A stretch of 64,000 nt of DNA. It comes from Dicyema japonicum. Taxonomy: Eukaryota; Animalia; Dicyemida. The stretch covers positions 2,025,747 through 2,089,746 of the forward strand of contig RDEW01000005.1 of assembly GCA_011109175.1 (NCBI GenBank), given 5' to 3'. This document shows positions 1 through 12,239 of the stretch, one piece after another. Below the pieces are notes generated by a model. The model worked only from the letters and a program-made list of their open reading frames with translations. It had not been told where the DNA came from and did no database searches. The stretch's first letter is position 1. The number at the start of each line of letters is the position of its first letter. A program made the position numbers and the translations under genes.

Positions 1-300
1 CATACTTTCGACCGTTCTCTTCAGCACAACGATTGGATGTAAGTCCTCGTTGATTTTTCAATAGATAATTTACCCATATGATTCTTGAAGCATCTTGAGA
101 CAACTTCATCCCATGTCAAAACCACTGCAATAATCTTCACTTGGCATTTATAGAGCAGCGAAAGTTCATTTGCAAGCAAAATATAATGTCCAAAAGTGGT
201 AGTTAGATTTCTTTATTACATCGACTTGAAACTTTTATTAATCATGAGAATTCTGTGGTTATCTACATCGATGTCTCTGATCACCAATCAAACAAGAAAT
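1..300 (-). mobile_element. Degenerate C-terminal restriction-like endonuclease (RLE) region of an R4/Dong-like non-LTR retrotransposon
   Basis: Minus-strand translation gives ...HYILLANELSLLYKCQVKIIAVVLTWDEVVSRCFKNHMGKLSIEKSTRTYIQS..., with stops. This matches the KYxLLANELxxxYKCxVxIIPxVxTWDG...YIQ pattern I recall for R4/Dong-type RLE C-termini. The element runs off the window edge. Confidence 0.5.
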
Positions 301-1505
301 ATGGTTCCCTAACCTGCCAGCATTATAATTACCGTAAATGAACTCAACCAGGCATGCCAAACTCAAAAAAATCCAGGAACTACATAAGATAATTTTAATA
401 TAAAAGCGGGCTGCACTAACAAATCTGAAAAATGATTAGCAGTTCCGACCTTGATATGAGATGGCAAGTATTCATCAGTCAGCCTTATTCTCTGAGAGGA
501 TTTGTTGATTTCACCAAGTAAAACAACTATTCACACATAAGTCGCCATTATCCTAGCTAAAAATTTTCTGAAGTTTTAAACTTTTCAGGAAGGTATGATC
601 CGCCCCAATGTCGTCGACTATATTACAATCCTTTATGTGGGCTACACGCCTGGTTGCAAATGGCCACAAGTTTTACCTGCCAATTGTATTGGGGTTTCTT
701 GATCAAACCGCTTTTTAGAACCGAAGACGGATAATTTAATTTGTTACTCCAATCTAGATTAAAAAAACCTTCGAGGTCCAACCGCAATTGTCGAATACTC
801 CCACAATCCCTCAAAGACAGTCGAGGACCCGGATCTCAGAAAATCTATTCAAGAAGTGAATAGATTTTGGTTAGTGTGGATGAATCATATGTCAAAATTA
901 GTTTATACTAAAAATATCCAAAGAATCTGGAAGAGAAATTATGGAAATGATTCCAATATTTAATTTAGAATCACATTAGGCATCATCCTAGTATAGCTTC
1001 TGACAGATGATCCCACAAGTTATCTTTCAATTTTGGCCGGACGGGATTTAAACTTGTATTTTCATGGATCTGAACTTCAGTTTCCAATGTCTCCGAAGTT
1101 TGCCACCTCAAGAACATAAAAAGAAAGACACGGGCTTTTATTTACTGTGAAGATATAGACAATTCGCGTAATAGTCCACCTCAACCATCGGTTAACTTAG
1201 GAATACATCGAAACACTAATGGACTCAAATCCAAGACTGCTTCGAACAAGGAGTTATTAAATAAATAAATGAATGATAGAATAGTTGTACTCGAAAGATT
1301 CCTTTTATGGAAATATCACAAAAATTTACTAAAAGAACCATTTTGGACAAACAGGATGACATGAATAATAAATAATAAAGCACGTGGGTATCTGATATGG
1401 CTGGATGAATTGAAGGAAATAATTGATATTTTTGGTTAAATTTGGAAATAGTTTTTGCGTCCTCGAATTGTCAATAATGTAACTTGGCTAAAATAATAAT
1501 CTAAA

Positions 1506-2834
1506 TTGACGATAAATCAGAAAATCATGTTTTCGAAGCTGTCACTCAAAAGGAAAAACCCCTCGGATGAGCAGGATCAAACTCTCTCTGGTTCCTTGCC
1601 TTTGAAAACCCTAAAACCCGTGGATTTCATGAAAAAGCCAAGTAAAAAAGATTTGCAGAATTTGTTTAAACACGTTCAAATTGCTGGAAACAATGCCAAC
1701 GATGTTGTTGATTACCCAAAAGTCGATAACCTGAGGAAAATGTGGGTAATTGGTTTGAAAGAATACATAAAGAGGGAATCAGACGGGAGACACGATGATT
1801 TGAGGTCAGTGGAAGAAAAATCAGCTGATGTTATTTTTGATTTACTACCAATGTTGGAGAATTTCGGTCAAAATCCAAATTTTAACACATTCATTGTCAG
1901 TCGAATGCCAGGAAAAGTTGGATTCGGCAGTTATGACCCTGCAAAAAGATTCGGGACCGATAGTTATGGGAATATTTTACCAGAAACTCCAATTGATGTT
2001 TTGAAACTCACCTTGGAACCCGAATTTAATCAATCATCAGACGATATTAGAAACTTCAAAAAAAAGTTGTCAAACATAAAAAGAACGAATTCTGAAAACA
2101 AGATCGGCCGAACTCCTCCAATTCCAACTAAAAAAGTATCATCCAAGACTCAGCTACAAACAAGACAGTCAATGACCACCGTAGCACCAGATTTTACGAC
2201 CGTTAGAAATATTACGACTTTAGTCATTACGAATAAAAAACCAGAAATAAAAAAGAATCTGATTCAACCAAAGTTGTCGCCAATAGGCAACAAATTGAGC
2301 CGATGCGGGATTAGAAGTACTATTTTGTCGATATCTCTAATAATTGGTAAAATGTACAAACCAGAAATAAAAAAGAATCTGATTCAACCAAAGTTGTCGC
2401 CAATAGGCAACAAATTGAGCCGATGCGGGATTAGAAGTACTATTTTGTCGATATCTCTAATAATTGGTAAAATGTACATTTTTATATATTTAGGACTCAT
2501 TGGGATTGCCTTGGTCTCATTTTATGGGAAACAGGACCGAAAGATTATATGTAATTCTATGAAGATCCAATCTCATAGTCTCGACTTGATCGACGTCATC
2601 GACATGAAGAACCCGAATGTAAAAGGGTGGATCTCTTACAGTTCAAGAAATAATCCGTCAATCACTTATTTTGTTGGAAAGAATCAAAAGGAGTTGGGAA
2701 TAATGGGAGAGGGAAGATATTTGCTTATCAAAAAATACGATGGGAATACAATCAATGTTGAAATTCACGAATACAAGCAAAATTATAATAAAGTTTATGG
2801 AGATTACGAAGGAATCCTTACCTGCGTTAAATAA
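1506..2834 (+). CDS. Intronless orphan ORF. It may be two adjacent proteins; the C-terminal part begins with a signal-peptide-like MYIFIYLGLIGIALVSF.
   Basis: 442-codon open frame, first ATG near 1527. It contains a 120-bp exact tandem duplication (2238-2477). I recognise no domain. Confidence 0.45.
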   Translation: MTINQKIMFSKLSLKRKNPSDEQDQTLSGSLPLKTLKPVDFMKKPSKKDLQNLFKHVQIAGNNANDVVDYPKVDNLRKMWVIGLKEYIKRESDGRHDDLRSVEEKSADVIFDLLPMLENFGQNPNFNTFIVSRMPGKVGFGSYDPAKRFGTDSYGNILPETPIDVLKLTLEPEFNQSSDDIRNFKKKLSNIKRTNSENKIGRTPPIPTKKVSSKTQLQTRQSMTTVAPDFTTVRNITTLVITNKKPEIKKNLIQPKLSPIGNKLSRCGIRSTILSISLIIGKMYKPEIKKNLIQPKLSPIGNKLSRCGIRSTILSISLIIGKMYIFIYLGLIGIALVSFYGKQDRKIICNSMKIQSHSLDLIDVIDMKNPNVKGWISYSSRNNPSITYFVGKNQKELGIMGEGRYLLIKKYDGNTINVEIHEYKQNYNKVYGDYEGILTCVK

Positions 2835-2889
2835 TTAGTTTAATTTTTCGATTTTTATAGTTTTTTGGATATTTCTAATTTTAAAAGTA

Positions 2890-3138
2890 GTTCACTTGGT
2901 TGGTTAAGTCGGTGTCACCTCTCTAATGATGCATATGTCCTTATCGTATTCTCAGTCTATCTATCCTATTCCGCTTACAGTTGCAATATTCAACGTCAGA
3001 GGACTTGCTTCGAAGACTAAATAAGAGACCTTTTGGATTCCTCGGTGAACTGAGACATGCGAGGAAAAAGGTTACATTGAGAAAACCGCTAGAATGGATA
3101 GTGAAGAGCACGACACAAGCGGAACCCTAAGTATTCAT
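2890..3138 (+). repeat. Dispersed repeat family B, copy 1
   Basis: Colinear with 9345-9586. Shared blocks include gaggact.gcttcgaa..ctaaa, ggatagtgaa.a.cacgacacaagcgga and ctaagtattcat. Confidence 0.75.
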
Positions 3139-4354
3139 ATGGTTATGGGTAACACTGGAGTGCATTTCCTAACATATTAGCTCACTAATTTCTCTGTATG
3201 TCTCCATTATAATTTCTATATTAAGTGATGACTGAGATATTTCCCAATATGGCCGCCATGACTTAAGGTTCCTCATTTAAATAATTGTAATAGGGGACAA
3301 TATGTTTTTTGATCATCGGTNATAGTGAAGAGCTCGACACATGCGGAACCCTAAGTATTCATATGGTTATGGGTAACACTGGAGTGCATTTCCTAACATA
3401 TTAGCTCACTAATTTCTCTGTATGTCTCCATTATAATTTCTATATTAAGTGATGACTGAGATATTTCCCAATATGGCCGCCATGACTTAAGGTTCCTCAT
3501 TTAAATAATTGTAATAGGGGACAATATGTTTTTTGATCATCGGTAAGGCACAGATAATGGAGATACCTAATTTCTTTAATTGGAAGTGTAGCAATCCCAA
3601 AAAAGAATATACAGTAGGACCTCTCGAATTTAAATGCTAAATAATTTATTCTAGTTAATACTTAAAATTCTAAATTTTTGATTAAAACAAGCGGATTCTA
3701 GAAATCGGCAGATTCGAGAAGTTTGACTATATTTTGCGAATTGTAAAGAAATTGACTCTACTCCTACTGCATCATCAATTTGTGTTGAAATTGATAAGTT
3801 ATTAAGATGGAGATTCAACGAGATAATTTTCTTTTTCTGATTACTGATTCGACACAATACACTTGCGGTATATGACAATATAATTTTTAGCCGGAAATTC
3901 GCTAAAATTATTCTATCCAAATCATTCTCTGTTTGAAAGTCTGGGCACTATCGCAGAGAATTATTTGGAGATGATGAAATTGATTATAAAGACTGAACGT
4001 GAAGATTATCATATAGTAAGCATTTTCGGATCTGAACAGATTAAGTTCAAACAAGGTCCTTGTAACGTGAAAAAATATGTATCCAAATCTTCGATATGCT
4101 GGGATTTTAGAAATGATAACTATTCAAATAGAAGAACTCCACCTTTAGTATATGCGAGTCTTAGAAGATGTACTGCCAGTTCAAAAATTCTCTCCAAGGA
4201 TCGCAACTCTAAACCCGATAATTACAATCAATATTTGATTCCATTCGATAATAAAAGATTTTATAGGCATATTTAATTATGTTTAAATTTTATAGGTAAA
4301 AATTTGCTATTTTTCGGTTTCCCTACAAATTATTAAAAGGAAGAATTAAGGGAT

Positions 4355-4502
4355 GCTCTTACTTTTTTCTTTATTTTTGTTACGTGAGTCCTTTATAGAC
4401 GATCCGGTTCCGCAGTGAAGTATTGAGGCATCATTTGTCAATCCAAAACATGTAGATCCGTGGAACCTTCAGCCAGAATGTACAACAGCGAGATCCGAAC
4501 CA
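4355..4502 (-). mobile_element. tRNA-derived SINE, partial copy
   Basis: Core gacgatccggttccgcagtga...tagatccgtggaaccttc...cagcgagatccgaacc matches 51140-51262. B-box GGTTCGGATCTC on the minus strand. Confidence 0.8.
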
Positions 4503-4869
4503 AAGTCCCTTTGACTATCCATTAGGATTTGTTGTATGAATATACGCTTATATTATTATTACCCGGAACACAGAGAAAGAAGTTGACAATTTAAAAAAAA
4601 TATATTTTGTTTTAATTAAAAAAAATTTAAATAACAGTCATTTGACGAAGCTTGTCGGAAATGGAACGAGTCCAGACTCAAAATCTCTGAAAACACAACG
4701 AAGCAAAGTAATTGGGATAATATTGTCTGCTCCAAAAATTTGGAAGACCTTAAAAAAGAAGCAAANACGAGTCCGGACTCAAAATCTCTGAAAACACAAC
4801 GAAGCAAAGTAATTGGAATAATATTGTCTGCTCCAAAAATTTGGAAGACCTTAAAAAAGAAGCAAATCA

Positions 4870-5520
4870 ACATCGTTCGGTTTGTTTGGTTTCAGCTTCA
4901 AGTGGAGGAAGTGGAGAATGGCTTGGTGCAATACCTTGCCTAAACCTAGGTACTTTTTTGGACGACGATTCTTTGAGGATTGGAATCGGACAAAGGATAG
5001 GACTAGATGTTTGCCAGGAGCACCGATGCCGATGCGAGAAAACAATCGATGCGAAGGATTGCACCCGCTGTCCTGCAGAAGAAGCGCCGGAAGAGGACCA
5101 CGTCATGCTGCTCTGAACGATGTAATCGTCAGAGCTCTGAATGCTAAGGCTTCCTATCACAGCTTGAACCAGTGGGTCTCGATCGAGGAGATGGAAAGAG
5201 ACCTGATGGAATGACCCTTTTCCCTTTCATCAGGAAGATCTTTGGTCTGAGACGAAACTTGTGATGACAAATTTTCAAGCACGAATTTTTTCAAATTGGT
5301 TCAGACACCTAGAGCAGCTGCTTCGACCGCGGAAAACCTAAAAATCAAGCGAACTCGAAGGAATGCTTGCCAGAAAAAAAGGGGATCAACAAGAAAGGTT
5401 ATGGCTGAGACAAAAGATTGAAATGGCCATACTCCGAGGGAACTTGTTCGCGATCCACGCAGCCGGCTTCTTCAACTAACATTTGTTTCTTTGTGTAATA
5501 ATTGTCTTTAATAAAAAAAA
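4870..5520 (+). mobile_element. CRE-clade non-LTR retrotransposon, 3' part (zinc knuckle plus RLE), frameshifted
   Basis: Translates to AWCNTLP, GLDVCQEHRCRC, GLHPLSCRRSAGRGPRHAALNDVIVRAL and WLRQKIEMAILRGN, followed by an A-rich end. Confidence 0.8.
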
Positions 5521-5549
5521 TTAAATAGCATATTTTAAAAATAACAATT

Positions 5550-6745
5550 AATTATTTATTGCGGAAAGATTTAACTCCCTCAAAAGTTTTGAAACATGAA
5601 ATTTTTCTTGCATCCCCTACGTTCTCAAGGAGCTCCTTCTTATAAAACATGTCTTGAAAACGCTTTCTGATTATCGTCGCCATCTGGAACATTAAGATCG
5701 ACAGGTCCACAGCTACCCATAATGACATAGATACATGTAGTCTGGAATAATGTTTAAGACCATATCCATCAAATTCTTCGAAGAGTTTTAAGAGGACCAA
5801 CACACACTTCATGCAGAGTTGCCTGAACCCATCCATAACCATCAAAATTTATATTTAAAATCGCTTCAAGGGTTGACTTAATTTCATCATCAAGGAGAGA
5901 TAGGAGATCTTCATCATAAAAAGATAACTTTGGTAGTTGAGAAGCAGAGGACAGTTTTTGAGCATAAAAGTTCAACATGGCTCTACAGAAAAGTAAATCT
6001 GTTGACGAACTTGTCAAGAAGTGTCCTTTGTCACTTGTTGACCTCCTTATTTGATCTTTATTCCACGTCAAAGAAAATCAAGAGAGCAGAAGTCCGCAAT
6101 TTGAATATCTGGGACAATATCTTCTATTCGTTTTCTGAAGAATGCAATATGGACTAAGTTCAAATTAACCACTCCACATTTCTTTGTGTTAACTTAACGT
6201 CCAATTCTTTGAAATTTCTCGGTAATAGTTGTTACTTTAAAATAGCATTTAAAGGACTTCCTTCATGGATGCAATAGTCGAGGTACCATAAATTTCTTGC
6301 ACCATATGGTCAATCGCCAATGAAAAAAAAGGGGACCCTGTGTCATCCTGCTTTACTCCCGTCTCAAAAGGAGTGATTTCATTTATTAAAATGAGGGTAG
6401 AAGGACTCGAATATGATAAGTGAATAATGAAATATATTTTCTGCTTTTCTTTTACGAAAATATATAGAATGATACCTATTCTGACCGAGTTGAAAACGTT
6501 GCGTAGATCTTCGAAGAGGAGGCAATCCTCAGCTTCAGATGATAGCCTGACGAACTTCCTAACCGTATGGACCCTCAATTCGCATTCGCCACTGACTCAC
6601 ACGCTCAGTTTTAATGGACACACGTCGGCCAAAATATTCGCAGTGACCGATCGAACAAGCAATCATTTCAGAAAAGCAGCGGAAAACGTTGCTAACTGTA
6701 ATAGGACAGATAAGAAGAGCTGTTTAGGATTCTCGATCCCGCCGG
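5550..6745 (-). mobile_element. CRE-clade reverse transcriptase remnant
   Basis: Translates to GGIENP, VHTVRKFV, LLFEDLRNVFNSVR, GVKQDDTGSPFFSLAID and LDDEIKSTLEAILN...WVQATL. These match CRE RT motifs (DxxNAFNS, GVQQGDPLGP.LFSLAI, WxQAxLP). Confidence 0.7.
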
Positions 6746-8215
6746 ACTCGTCCTCTCCTTTGTCGGTCTGGGGTCACTTAGTTAGATGAGAACTTTTATC
6801 TCTTTATCTTTGACCCAGTGATCCTGAGGGTAATAATGATAATAATCCATCCAAAGTGGTCCCCGCCGGTATTACCGACGTTGCGTTGCCTCTCACGGTT
6901 GCAACATAGATCAACTGGAGAAGTCACCGGATCTCAGTTAACAAAGCAGAATCATATAACGTCATACAAGTTTATCAAGAACAGCATAAAAGGTAAAAGA
7001 CGTCCATTCCTTGTAGTTGTGGAAACCCCTCGAGTGGAGTGGGGGAGAGAAAATGATCCTTTTTCGCCCAGTGAATCACATGAAGAAACTATATTATAAA
7101 AGGGATGAGGAGGAACAGACAAAATAATCAGAAATCTTCAATCAAGTAACCACATGACACCACGATAGCGTTGGCGTCACGTGGATTATAAATCTTTAAC
7201 AACAATGGAACATAGGTACCAGGAAAAAATTTCCGCTAGAACATCGAGAGGTTTAACACACCGGTAGTTAATTAAGTCAGTAAACGAATCAGCTTGGGGA
7301 TACTTTATTGAGTAATGGACAGAGTGGTCCAGGTAATGTGTGAAAGAACACAGAACGAATTACATATTTTATGTAATGATAATGGATTAGTCATAAAATT
7401 AGCTACAATTTATTATGGGAGGCAAAGGGAGAGGGCGTATTCACCCCTAGATAATTTTGATTTCGAAAGAGATAACATTTAAATTTAAGAATTTCAGAGC
7501 TAATTTAAAGGCAGACGATTACTGTCTTAGTTTTTAGAGCTATAGCCAGATGGGATTCAAATCTATAACGTTTCTTGTAAGTTTGTCTCTACGACGTTTC
7601 TTTGGATCAAAAATTATATGTGATGTCTCCAAGTACTTTATTTTTCCTTGTATACTGAAAGAACGGGTACGAAGGATTACATTTTCAAAGACATGCAACC
7701 CGTCTCAAGATAGTGGTTAATGAGGATGACTCAGCTTTCGTGACTAAGCTTTCGTTAATCCTGTCATTATTTAGTAAAAGATTAACCCCAAGCTTGTATT
7801 CTCCAAAAAGGTCATTCNTTCAGAGACATGTAACCCGTCTCAAGATAGTGGTTAATGAGGATGACTCAGCTTTCGTGACTAAGCTTTCGTTAATCCTGTC
7901 ATTATTTAGTAAAAGATTAACCCCAAGCTTGTATTCTCCAAAAAGGTCATTCTGGATGGCAATCTGGAACACGTGTTATAGATTTAGTGAACTTATTTTG
8001 TTGAATAAAATTTGACGTCTTCATTTACAAATCTTAAATCTATCAACATACAATTGGGAATATGGCAAAATGGGGGATCGGTTCGCATTCCAGCCGAACT
8101 CNTGTATTCTCCAAAAAGGTCATTCTGGATGGCAATCTGGAACACGTGTTATAGATTTAGTGAACTTATTTTGTTGAATAAAATTTGACGTCTTCATTTA
8201 CAAATCTTAAATCTG

Positions 8216-8460
8216 TCAACATACAATTGGGAATATGGCAAAATGGGGGATCGGTTCGCATTCCAGCCGAACTCCGTTGAGATGGCCGGCGTGCCTGGCC
8301 CGAGCGCGTTTGAGTTTATCAGGTTTATCTTGCGGCCTGTAGGACTTCAGAAAAAAGAGTCTAGAATGACACGATGGCTCTTTCGGAACATAGGGATCGC
8401 GATCATGAGGGTTAACCCCCATTGCTTGCTCAGTGACTGCAGGCCATAATGTACACCTTG
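8216..8460 (-). mobile_element. Short APE-RT LINE post-RT fragment
   Basis: GVNPHDRDP...KLKRARA resembles the post-RT region of the LINE at 29340-32147. Highly degenerate. Confidence 0.35.
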
Positions 8461-8899
8461 GCACAATAATTGATTTGTCGATTTTGCTTAATATTAATTT
8501 TAGGCAAAATTTAGATAGAACATTCTAAACGATTTTATATAAAGGACCAGAGTTCTCGAAACTATCAACACGTGTTTTAAACAAACGCATTCAAGGAAAC
8601 CAACCTTGCTCATACATTACCTTAACTTCCTCCTCTAAAGAAAAAAACTCTTCTAGTAAGTTTCATTTTTTTATGAAGGCTTCTCGAACATCCAGAATAC
8701 TATAAAATGTTAAAACCTTGGGATATCCACGTGGAGAGCTACAAGAAAGTGCTTTAATGTATTTTTATAATTTGTTCTGAAAATTTCTAAATCATTCCTA
8801 TCTCTTGAATGCGACATTTTCCAATGTCATGGATTAATCTCCACAACGGGGAAGGCTTCTTCTCTTATCTCGGGCAAACGTCCAGATATAGTTTGATGT

Positions 8900-9170
8900 C
8901 CGGCCCGAAAGTATGATCAGGGAACTTTGTCATCTTGAGGAAGTCCGGGTTCCGTAAGGTATTCCATGATTGGTGGGACGTTTATTTTTCTCTCTACTAA
9001 CGAAGGGGACGTCTTTTTCGACGACCTCAATAATATTCTGAGACATCCGTCTTGTAACACTTCCAGCTTGCTCTGTGCCGATACTGATGGCGGTGCAATC
9101 CATGCAACACAGGAGTACTCGGTGAAACAAATTGTTTGTATCAACATTTCAAAAAATTGATTAAACATTT
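8900..9170 (-). mobile_element. APE-RT LINE 3' fragment
   Basis: EYSCVAWIAPPSVSAQSKLEVLQDGCLRIL matches the post-RT EYA..W......KL...Q...LR motif. Confidence 0.6.
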
Positions 9171-9344
9171 GAAAACTGATTAAATCGATAATATTGATTT
9201 AAGGTTAGTTTTCAAACGAACAGATAAAATAGTGGTAATTAAATTTTAAAGGCCGACAAGTTAATATAAATTGTTTCTAAAAAACCTCAACGCAGTCTTC
9301 AAGTCGACGAAATTAGGACTCAAATATTTTAGCTTTGTTTCCAA

Positions 9345-9586
9345 GCACCATATGTTGGTTGAGTGGTTGATATTTCTCTAATAATGTCAATATCTTTAGC
9401 GTACTCTCAGTCTGTATATTCTACCCCATTATAACTTTCAACTTAAGAGGACTCGCTTCGAACGCTAAACAGGAGACCTTATGGATTACTCGATAAACTA
9501 AAACGTGTGAGGAGGAAAGCTACATTGAGAAACTAGTAGAACGGATAGTGAAAATCACGACACAAGCGGACCTCTAAGTATTCATA
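9345..9586 (+). repeat. Dispersed repeat family B, copy 2
   Basis: Homologous to 2890-3138. It ends exactly where the tail of a SINE copy begins. Confidence 0.75.
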
Positions 9587-9837
9587 ATAACAGCCTTTTT
9601 ATTTGATCCATAATATTTATAGCTCCGCATAGGCAGTACACACACTTTATTTGAGTAAAGAACAGTTAGATTAACTAATCTATGAAAGGGAAGAACTTAT
9701 TTTTTTCTTTTTCTTGCGCGAGTCCTATTCAGACAATCCGGTTCCGCAGTGAAACATTTACTGATGACGGCGTTACTCGTCATAACCAGAGCAACATAGA
9801 TGAGTGGAACTTTCAGGCGGAATGCACAGAATCGAGA
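9586..9837 (-). mobile_element. tRNA-derived SINE, 5'-truncated copy with 3' tail
   Basis: aataacagcctttt...tatagctccgcataggcag.acacacactttattt.agtaaagaacagtta matches 50990-51080. The core gacaatccggttccgcagtga is present. Confidence 0.85.
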
Positions 9838-9839
9838 TT

Positions 9840-10200
9840 TGTCATTACAAGGTTTTGAAACTTCCCTTTTGAAATCGGGAAAGCTCTTGTCTGGGACGTC
9901 ACCTTCACCGACACATTTGCACCTTGCAATATAAAGGACCTACATCAGAGTGCCTCTGGAGCCTGCTTTGCCGCTGAAAAAGTCAAGAGATCAAAACGGG
10001 CAAAATACACTGTCTAAATGAGGAATTTTGTTTGTTCCGCTCGCGGTTGAAACGTCTGGTTCCCTTGCGCCTGCGAAGTTAGAACTTTTGAGTCGTCTAG
10101 GGAGTCGGATTTATACACGGCCAGGAGATCCCCGTGAACCCTGGTGGCTATTGGAGCGGATCTCTCTAGCCATCTTCGGAATATATATTTCTTTTTTTAT
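9840..10200 (+). mobile_element. CRE-clade RLE domain fragment
   Basis: Translates to GKALVWDVTFTDTFA and FVPLAVETSGSLAPAKLELLSRLGSRI...GDPREPWWLLERISLAI. Confidence 0.85.
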
Positions 10201-10587
10201 CAAACTTAAACGGTAATAAAAAATAAAGCAGTATGTGTGCACACAAAGATAAAAAATTCAGAAAATGCAAAATGTATTTTATTGATTGGATTGGTATCAA
10301 TTTTAAAGAACTTTCTTCCATAATGTTGAAAAAGAGTAGTATCGACCAAGAAAAACATCAGTTATTAAAGGAATGACATAGTCTTAACTATTTTCATTTC
10401 TTATTCAATAAATGACGCATTGGCTGATAATCATTAACTAATTTTCCATTGAGCTGCTAAAATCACCTATGTAAAAATTATAAGGTCATTGACATTTTAG
10501 CACTCGAAATGTTCCTTCCTTAAACTATAAAACTCTTAAAGATAGCTAAATTTGGACTAACAAAGATAAAAATCAATAATATAAAAG

Positions 10588-12239
10588 TCAAATATCGCTC
10601 TCAGCTGTACATTTAACGATAAATGAGACAAACTCAGAGTTGTCCCAATAAGAAAAGTGAGACGTGAGTAGACGAAAAATATACAGAGAATTCTCGGTCA
10701 AAGCGTAATCAATCCGATATCCCAAACCTTCTAATAAAGATAAAAACACCTGGAAGAGTTGGGACATTCTCATTAGAATCATTCGAATCTCCAAACACGG
10801 AACTAATCACCTCAAACGAGGATAAAAGATTCCACCGCCTGTACCACGGAGTTTCCTCCTCATCAATGTTCTCAAACACGGTAATATCCTGAGAATCTAC
10901 GCTACCAAACAATTTGTTCATTCTAATCGGGGCCACGTGTCTAAATTCCTTCCAAAACATGGGTTCAATCCGATAGGCCTACTGTAACTCCCAAAAATAC
11001 CATGAAATCGCTGGGAAAGAAGACATTGAAAAGACGAAGTCCATTGTAGTTGGGAAGGATGTCCTTTATGGTAGAGGACTCCTGAACGTTGAATCCACGA
11101 AGCATCAGAAAAACCGCCAGGGGAGACCCAATCATGAACAAATTTGTTATTTCCAGGTCAAAAGAGACAAGGGGGTCGTCTTTATAATCTACACACGTGC
11201 GCTGGCCAGTAATCAAATCATAGAAAATAACAGATCCTACAATATTGAGATCACCAAACCAAGAGAGTGAGCCACAACAGATATTTTGGGTTTCTTGTCC
11301 TGGTGGTACCTCAGAAACAGAGAATATAACCTCCTGAGCTCATCAGCCAGTTTAGAAATTATCTACTACTCCTTAATCACTACTTTGTTCCGAAAGTGAG
11401 GACTCGAGTAGTAGAGGACGTCGAGAAGGGAGTTATGGAGAAAGTCCCGGATCCGCGTATTCGCCTGGGGCATGATGGCCTCCAAAGTCCCTAAAATTTT
11501 CAACTAGTACTTACTTTCCCCCAATTCTATGGAACGCCAATTAATAGGGATCAACTCGATATTCTGACACTCCTTTTTTATCGTGCTTCCAAGTCTGCAA
11601 TCAAAAATAAAAGTACCTCTGACAGCAGAGACTAGCGTTGGTTTTATCGAGCGACTGGGCGATTCCTGGGACGATGAAGACCACGTGGTCTACTCTGTGA
11701 GCAGTTTTGTTGGGATTTGCTCGTTTATAGTAACCTCTCACCACAGTGGAGGAGGGATCAGATAGGCCAATTTTATGCATAAGAGAGTTCACCAAAGTCG
11801 GGGATTTTGTCGAGAGGACGACATTTCCGTTCCATGTCACTAAATATTCCTCCAGTTCAAGAACATCTTCATTAAATCGACTATTTTACAAGGAAGTTCC
11901 AAATTTTGGGAAATTATGGTGTCGTTTTGGACTTCGAGTTCACACGCTAACCATTCTGGGACAGGGATGTTGTTCGGAGAGTAAAACCACGTGCCTCGAA
12001 CGACATTAACTTTGGACTCTTTAAATATTAATAAATAGGTAACCCGGATCGTAAATAGAAAAGCATGTCCGATTATCTATCTCAACAACGAACATTCCAT
12101 TGCGGACTATGACTTTTTCCAAGGAAGATCTGAACGCCTTCTCTATTTGGATAGTGTCATAGCTTCCAAACGGGACAAATGAGCCATTTTCAGAATAAAA
12201 CCATCTGACACGTGTCAGTCCTAAAGACTCTTTCGCCAT
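10588..12239 (-). CDS. DDHD-domain intracellular phospholipase A1 (DDHD1/DDHD2/SEC23IP family), multi-exon
   Basis: Motifs VRWFY, RGTWF, DHVVFIVPGI, lipase AHSLG (split by an intron near 11265), NLFMIGSPLAVFL, RLFNVFFPSD and C-terminal RIDY...SHFSYW. Introns are 23-25 nt, GT-AG. Confidence 0.85.

Noticed and set aside
3105-3543. Tandem duplications joined by a single N (N at 3321; also 4766, 7818, 8103, 28380, 38790, 53494, 56449)
   Set aside because: Near-identical sequence on both sides of a lone N is the signature of unmerged contig overlaps in scaffolding, not biological repeats.
11860-11900. Apparent non-canonical GG-AG intron or frameshift in the DDHD gene; similar apparent shifts in spectrin near 16560 and 15800
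   Set aside because: Each is resolved by a canonical GT-AG intron of 22-25 nt (for example gtaaaatagtcgatttaatgaag).
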